DNA of 62,459 nt, the filler included, from an uncultured Methanosarcinales archaeon (lineage in GTDB: Archaea; Nanobdellota; Nanobdellia; Woesearchaeales; CAYMBN01), in the NCBI GenBank assembly GCA_964388715.1. It is 7 parts of 7 records of this genome, joined end to end, with 100 filler letters (N's around TTAATTAATTAA, not from the genome) between each part and the next. Parts side by side here need not be neighbours in the genome. Positions count along the whole stretch, not along the records: positions 57,765 to 62,459 come from CAYMBN010000023.1; 6 more parts are not named here. One strand, given 5' to 3'. A model generated the notes under the pieces. That model searched no databases, was not told where the DNA came from, and saw only the letters and a list, made by a program, of their open reading frames with translations. A program made the translations under genes and the position numbers. This document shows positions 57,765 through 62,459 of this stretch, one piece after another; positions within the stretch are counted from its first letter, which is position 1, and each line of letters begins with the position of its first letter.

Positions 57765-60700
57765 GTGGTTTATCTTCTTCTGATTCGCATTTACTATTAT
57801 CAATACATATTCTTGTTTGAAGACTATCAACACATTCATTCCAAATACTGCATTGCCAATCTTCTTCACAATTTATAATTGTTAATATAAATGGTTCTGT
57901 TACATCTTGTGTTCCATCATTGACTATTGCTTTTAGATTATATATTCCTGCATCTTGATTAGTTGTTTGCCATGTAAAAATCTTAGTTTTCAAATCTTCA
58001 ATATAAACATTATCAAATTCAGCAGTTGTTGGTCCACCACTTATTACTATTAGACCAGGTTTACCAACAACATTTACTTTTGCATCAAGAATTAACATTT
58101 GTTCATTGTTAATATAACCTATTAATTGTGATCCATCAGCAACTAGTTTTAGAGTATAAGGTATTTTATAATCTAATTGATAATCTGTATTTTTGTAAAG
58201 CCCAATATTTTCATCTTTTTCAATGTATCCAATAGAGGCGAAATTTTCATCAACAGATATATAAAAATAAGCTTTTTTTGTGAACTTGCCATTAGTATCA
58301 ACATCACCTATTCCTAAGCTAATACCTGCGGAATCACCACGATAACCATCATAAACTTTGACATCTGCTTGAATACTATAATCAGACCAATCATATTCAC
58401 CAGTTGTTAAATAAGCTGCATCTGAGAATTTTGATGTTATGCTTAATTCACCATTTTGTATTTCTGCTTTTGAACCACCTATCTTATCATCACCATTATA
58501 GATAAATTCCCATGCTGGGTTGTTTGTGTAATCATTGTCTGAAAAGTCATCTGTGATTAAGAATCCACTATCTTGTCCATTACTTTGAATAAATCTATCA
58601 TCATCAATAGAATATGTTAGTTCATCATCTTGGTCAAGATCTTCTGCTTTAACTGTTACTTTTACTATATCTTTTTCATTGATTGTAATATCTTGTATTA
58701 GTTCTATTGTTGGATTTCTATTTTGATTATTTATTGTCACTGTTAATTCTTCTGTTTCATCATCTGTCCCATCATCAGCAGTTACTATTATTTCATATAT
58801 TCCAGCATCATAATAATCTGTTGTCCAGGCAAACACATTTGATTGTTCTGTTTGTACAAAATTTTCATTATTAATTGAATATAATAATACATCTTCATCA
58901 GGATCTTGTGCATTAATTGTTATTTCTATGTATTCATTTTCATTGATTGTAATGTCATCTATTGGTTCTATGATTGGTTTTCTGTTTTTATTGTTGATTG
59001 TTAAGGTAAATGGTTCTTCTACTGTTTCTGTGCCATCATTTACTTGGGTTTTGATAGTATATGTTCCTTCGTTATCATAACCAATCTGCCATGTAAATTT
59101 ATTTTCTTGATTTGGATCTTGTATAAAATTAGGATTACTTGTTGAATATGTTAGTACATCATCTTGGTCAGAATCTGTAGCAAGTATTGTTATGGTCACT
59201 GTTTCTCCTTCATCAACTTTTATATTATCAATAGGCTCTATTGTTGGTTTTATGTTTTTGTTTTTTACTATGACTGTAAGTTGTGTTGGTGTTATGTATT
59301 CACCATCACTTGCTGTTACTATAATATCATGTGTTCCTATATCATTCTTATCTGTTTGCCATTCAAATACATTCAATTGTTGCACAAAGTTTTCATTATC
59401 AATAGAATATGTTAATGTATCCTGATCAACATCATTTGCATTTATTGTTATTGTTACAAGTTCATTTTCATTAACTGTTATATCCTCTATTGGTTCAATT
59501 GTAGGTGGTGCATTTATATCATTGATTGTAAGTGGAAAACCATTATTTGTTGTTGTTTGTTCATCACTTACACCTATAAAAACATAGTATGTTCCCATAT
59601 CTTCATAATCTGTTTGCCATGTGAATTTATTTTTTTGATTTGGATCTTGTATAAAATTATCTCTTCTAGGTGCAACTGTTACTGTATATGTTAATTCATC
59701 TTTATCAGGGTCTTGTGCATTTATTATCAATGTTGCTGTGTCTGTTTCATCTATTGTCATAGGTTTCATACCTTCTATTATTGGTGCTCTGTTCTTATCA
59801 TTGACTATGATCTGTACTGTTTTTGTTTCTTGATCTTTACCATCACTTACTGTTATTGTAGGATTGTATGTTCCTTCATCTTCATAATCTGTTTGCCATG
59901 TGAAAATATTTTTATTGTTTTGATCTTGAATAAATCTATCATCATCAATAGAATATATTAATTCATCATTGTCAGGATCATTTGCATTAATAGGAATTGT
60001 GACAAGTTCATTTTCATTGACTGTTATCTCTTCTATTGGATCAATTATTGGTATTCTGTTTGGTAATGTTGATAAACAAACTGGTAATGAATAAGGGTCA
60101 ATGCCATAATTGTTTTTTATAACATCTGTATCATCATCATCCATTGAACCATCCTGATTAAGATCAAATTTAGTATCATATTCAAGAGGAACATTTTCTT
60201 CATAATAATTAACATCTTCTTCATTAATTACAGTGTCAAGATTGATGTCAGGACATGTTTTTGTTTCAATTGTTTTTTCTTTTGGTATAAGATTGTATTT
60301 GATTGATAATTCAGAAAGTTTCATCTTGCCTGGTGTTTCAGAATGAAATGTTATAGGTATTGTACAATAACCAAATTCATCTTCTTCGCAATCTTGAAGT
60401 TGTTTATTGAGTTTCTCTTTTATATCTGTGCCAATATTTGTTTTTTTGTTTACAGTCCCTGAATGTTTTTTAACATATTCATTGTTTACATAAACTGATA
60501 ATTCACTCGGTCTTTCAAGTTTTACATAGAAATCACCAGATGCACCTGAGGCACAATTATTATTACTATCACATGCATATGATTTCCATTCGTGATGTGG
60601 TTCTTCAACACCTAATGTGCTGAATTCACATGATTTTTCTCCGCCTTGCTCTAGATTAGTGCTACAGAATTCCTTTTCATTGCACTGTGTTCCTGACAAT

Positions 60701-62459
60701 CCTTGATTATCACATATAATCATTTTTACATTATCATTATCTAAGTCTTGTATATTTGCAGTGAATGTCACTGTGTTACCTTCTAGTGTTGGATTTTCTT
60801 CTGTTGAATCATCTTGTGTTACTGATTCAAAATGTGCTGCTTTGTTTTGTATTGTAATTATGTTTGAATCTGATGAAATGCCTGCTGTTAAATCATGTTC
60901 ATCAATTGGTTTTTGTCTGCATTTTATATTAACATCTGTTGTGCATTCTTCAATTGCATTACAATCAAGTGTTGATGAATCTTGACCACTAACCAAATCA
61001 TTATTGATAAACCAATAATATCTTTTTACTGAAGTTGAATCCCCATCAGGATCTGAGATAGTTCCTTTTTGACATGTTATTATGCTATTTTTATAATAAG
61101 GTCCGTTTATTACAGGTGCTGATGATGATGGTTTGTGGTTTACATGGAAGCTTCCTGATGCACCATCTTTGCAATTACTATAATCACAAACTCCATTTAC
61201 ACACTTCCTTGAATCATCACATGCATGAGATTTCCATTGGTATGTTGAAGATTGATGATTGTTTGTATTAATTGAACATGATTTTTCTTTTTCTGAGCTG
61301 TCTGATGTTAAACAAATGGTTTCTCCTGCACAGCTTCCTCCAGACCTGCCTGATGAATCACATAAAAATAATATTGTAGAAGCGCTGTCTATATCTGAAA
61401 CTTCTGCTTTGAATATAACTTCTTCACCCATATTAACAGGGTTGCTATTGCTTGATCCTTTACCATCAACATATGTTGCTGTATCAAATATTGGTCTTGC
61501 ACTTGTGATTGTGACTTCTGAACTTGCTTTCCAATTACCCCAACTGTGTCCATCATATAATTGAACTTGGCATTTCCATTTTTCACCTACTTGTGTGTAA
61601 ACATTTGAAATTTCTTTTTGTCCATCAAGATTTGATTGACGATATCCATTTTTATACCAGTAATAATTTTCATCAACTATTGTATCTCCTTCCGGGTCAC
61701 TAGATGGGTTGTAATAACAAATTAATTTTTCCATTGTATCTGGAAATGATGGATGAATATAAGTGGAATGAACTGGCGTAGGTTCGTTTGTTTGTGTGCA
61801 TTCTGTGTTTGCATAGCCATTTTCTGCATCATATGCATAGACTCTCATAAATACTTCTGTTCTATCATCAAATTCAAGCCAATCAAACTTACCAGCATTA
61901 TTAGGTGATTCATCATTATAACAAAAATCATTAAAATTTTCTGAAAAACCATTTTCTATGGAAGTTTTGAATTTCAGTTTTAATCCAGTTCCAGTACCAT
62001 AACAACCAGTATTACAATTATTTTTATTAAATTTATCACATGCTACAGAATTTGGTGCACAATATAGATAATTTGTATTGCTAAGGTGGTCATTATTATT
62101 AAAATCATCACCACTATTAATATCAATGTCAATAAATACTCCTCCATCAGGATCATTTACAAATTTGCTATCTCTTCCTTTACAATATCCTTCATGATTA
62201 GAATACCAATTATCATTAGCATGCCAAAATAATGCAATTCCTCCATCAAAATCATCTTCACTATCATAATCCCATACTCCTGCAGAGTCAAGGAAATTTG
62301 TTATAGGATAATTGACAAATTTATAACATTTATTTTTTTCTTCTGGTAGAATATACCAACCAAGACTTTTACCTATTGAAGATGCTTTTCCTTTATCATA
62401 ATCCTTTCTTGATAAGTCTTCTGGTTTAATAAAGTTTGTGAAGGACAGACCAGGACATG
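57765..62459 (-). CDS. Giant surface protein fragment (>1560 aa): Ig-like domains, dockerin-like EF-hand pair, about 6 cadherin-like repeats, ConA/DUF1080-like lectin domain
   Basis: The frame was read by hand and is open from the window end (62459) to the gap. Repeats follow N..P.I.PI.DITV.E.E.V.I.I.A.D.D.D.L.YS....F.WQT.Y.D.G.Y....VSDG. Confidence 0.85.

Overview
The window is AT-rich and is not one contiguous locus. It is seven contig pieces (1-16687, 16788-28915, 29016-37816, 37917-46128, 46229-51906, 52007-57664, 57765-62459) joined by artificial 100-nt N44-TTAATTAATTAA-N44 spacers. The third and fourth pieces overlap by 55 bp and can be merged. Gene content and signals point, by inference, to a DPANN archaeon, probably Woesearchaeota-like: BRE/TATA promoters, class III (prepilin-type) signal peptides, a COG1361 protein and an alpha2-type GlyRS. 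Housekeeping content is a PadR-ABC ATPase-COG1361-two MacB/FtsX permease operon, acylphosphatase, two radical SAM genes, mutL, a partial glyS, a Xer-type tyrosine recombinase and a probable type II toxin-antitoxin pair. The rest is mostly very large surface proteins. The main points of interest are five. (1) A translationally coupled ~16.3-kb, 7-gene operon holds two paralogous giant pilin-like proteins, two paralogous Ig-rich proteins with a shared Cys-rich amphipathic-helix domain, a ~1100-aa protein reconstructed across the gap, a polytopic membrane protein and a wHTH regulator with operators; it is a candidate host-contact apparatus. (2) A bacterial lipid-A-type LpxC homologue is transcribed divergently from a MaoC hot-dog hydratase-like gene. 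(3) Cohesin-like and dockerin-like modules occur in giant surface proteins. (4) A dif-like repeat cluster lies upstream of the recombinase. (5) A surface-protein gene is interrupted by a short insertion flanked by a 9-bp duplication. All assignments are by eye; no database searches were run.
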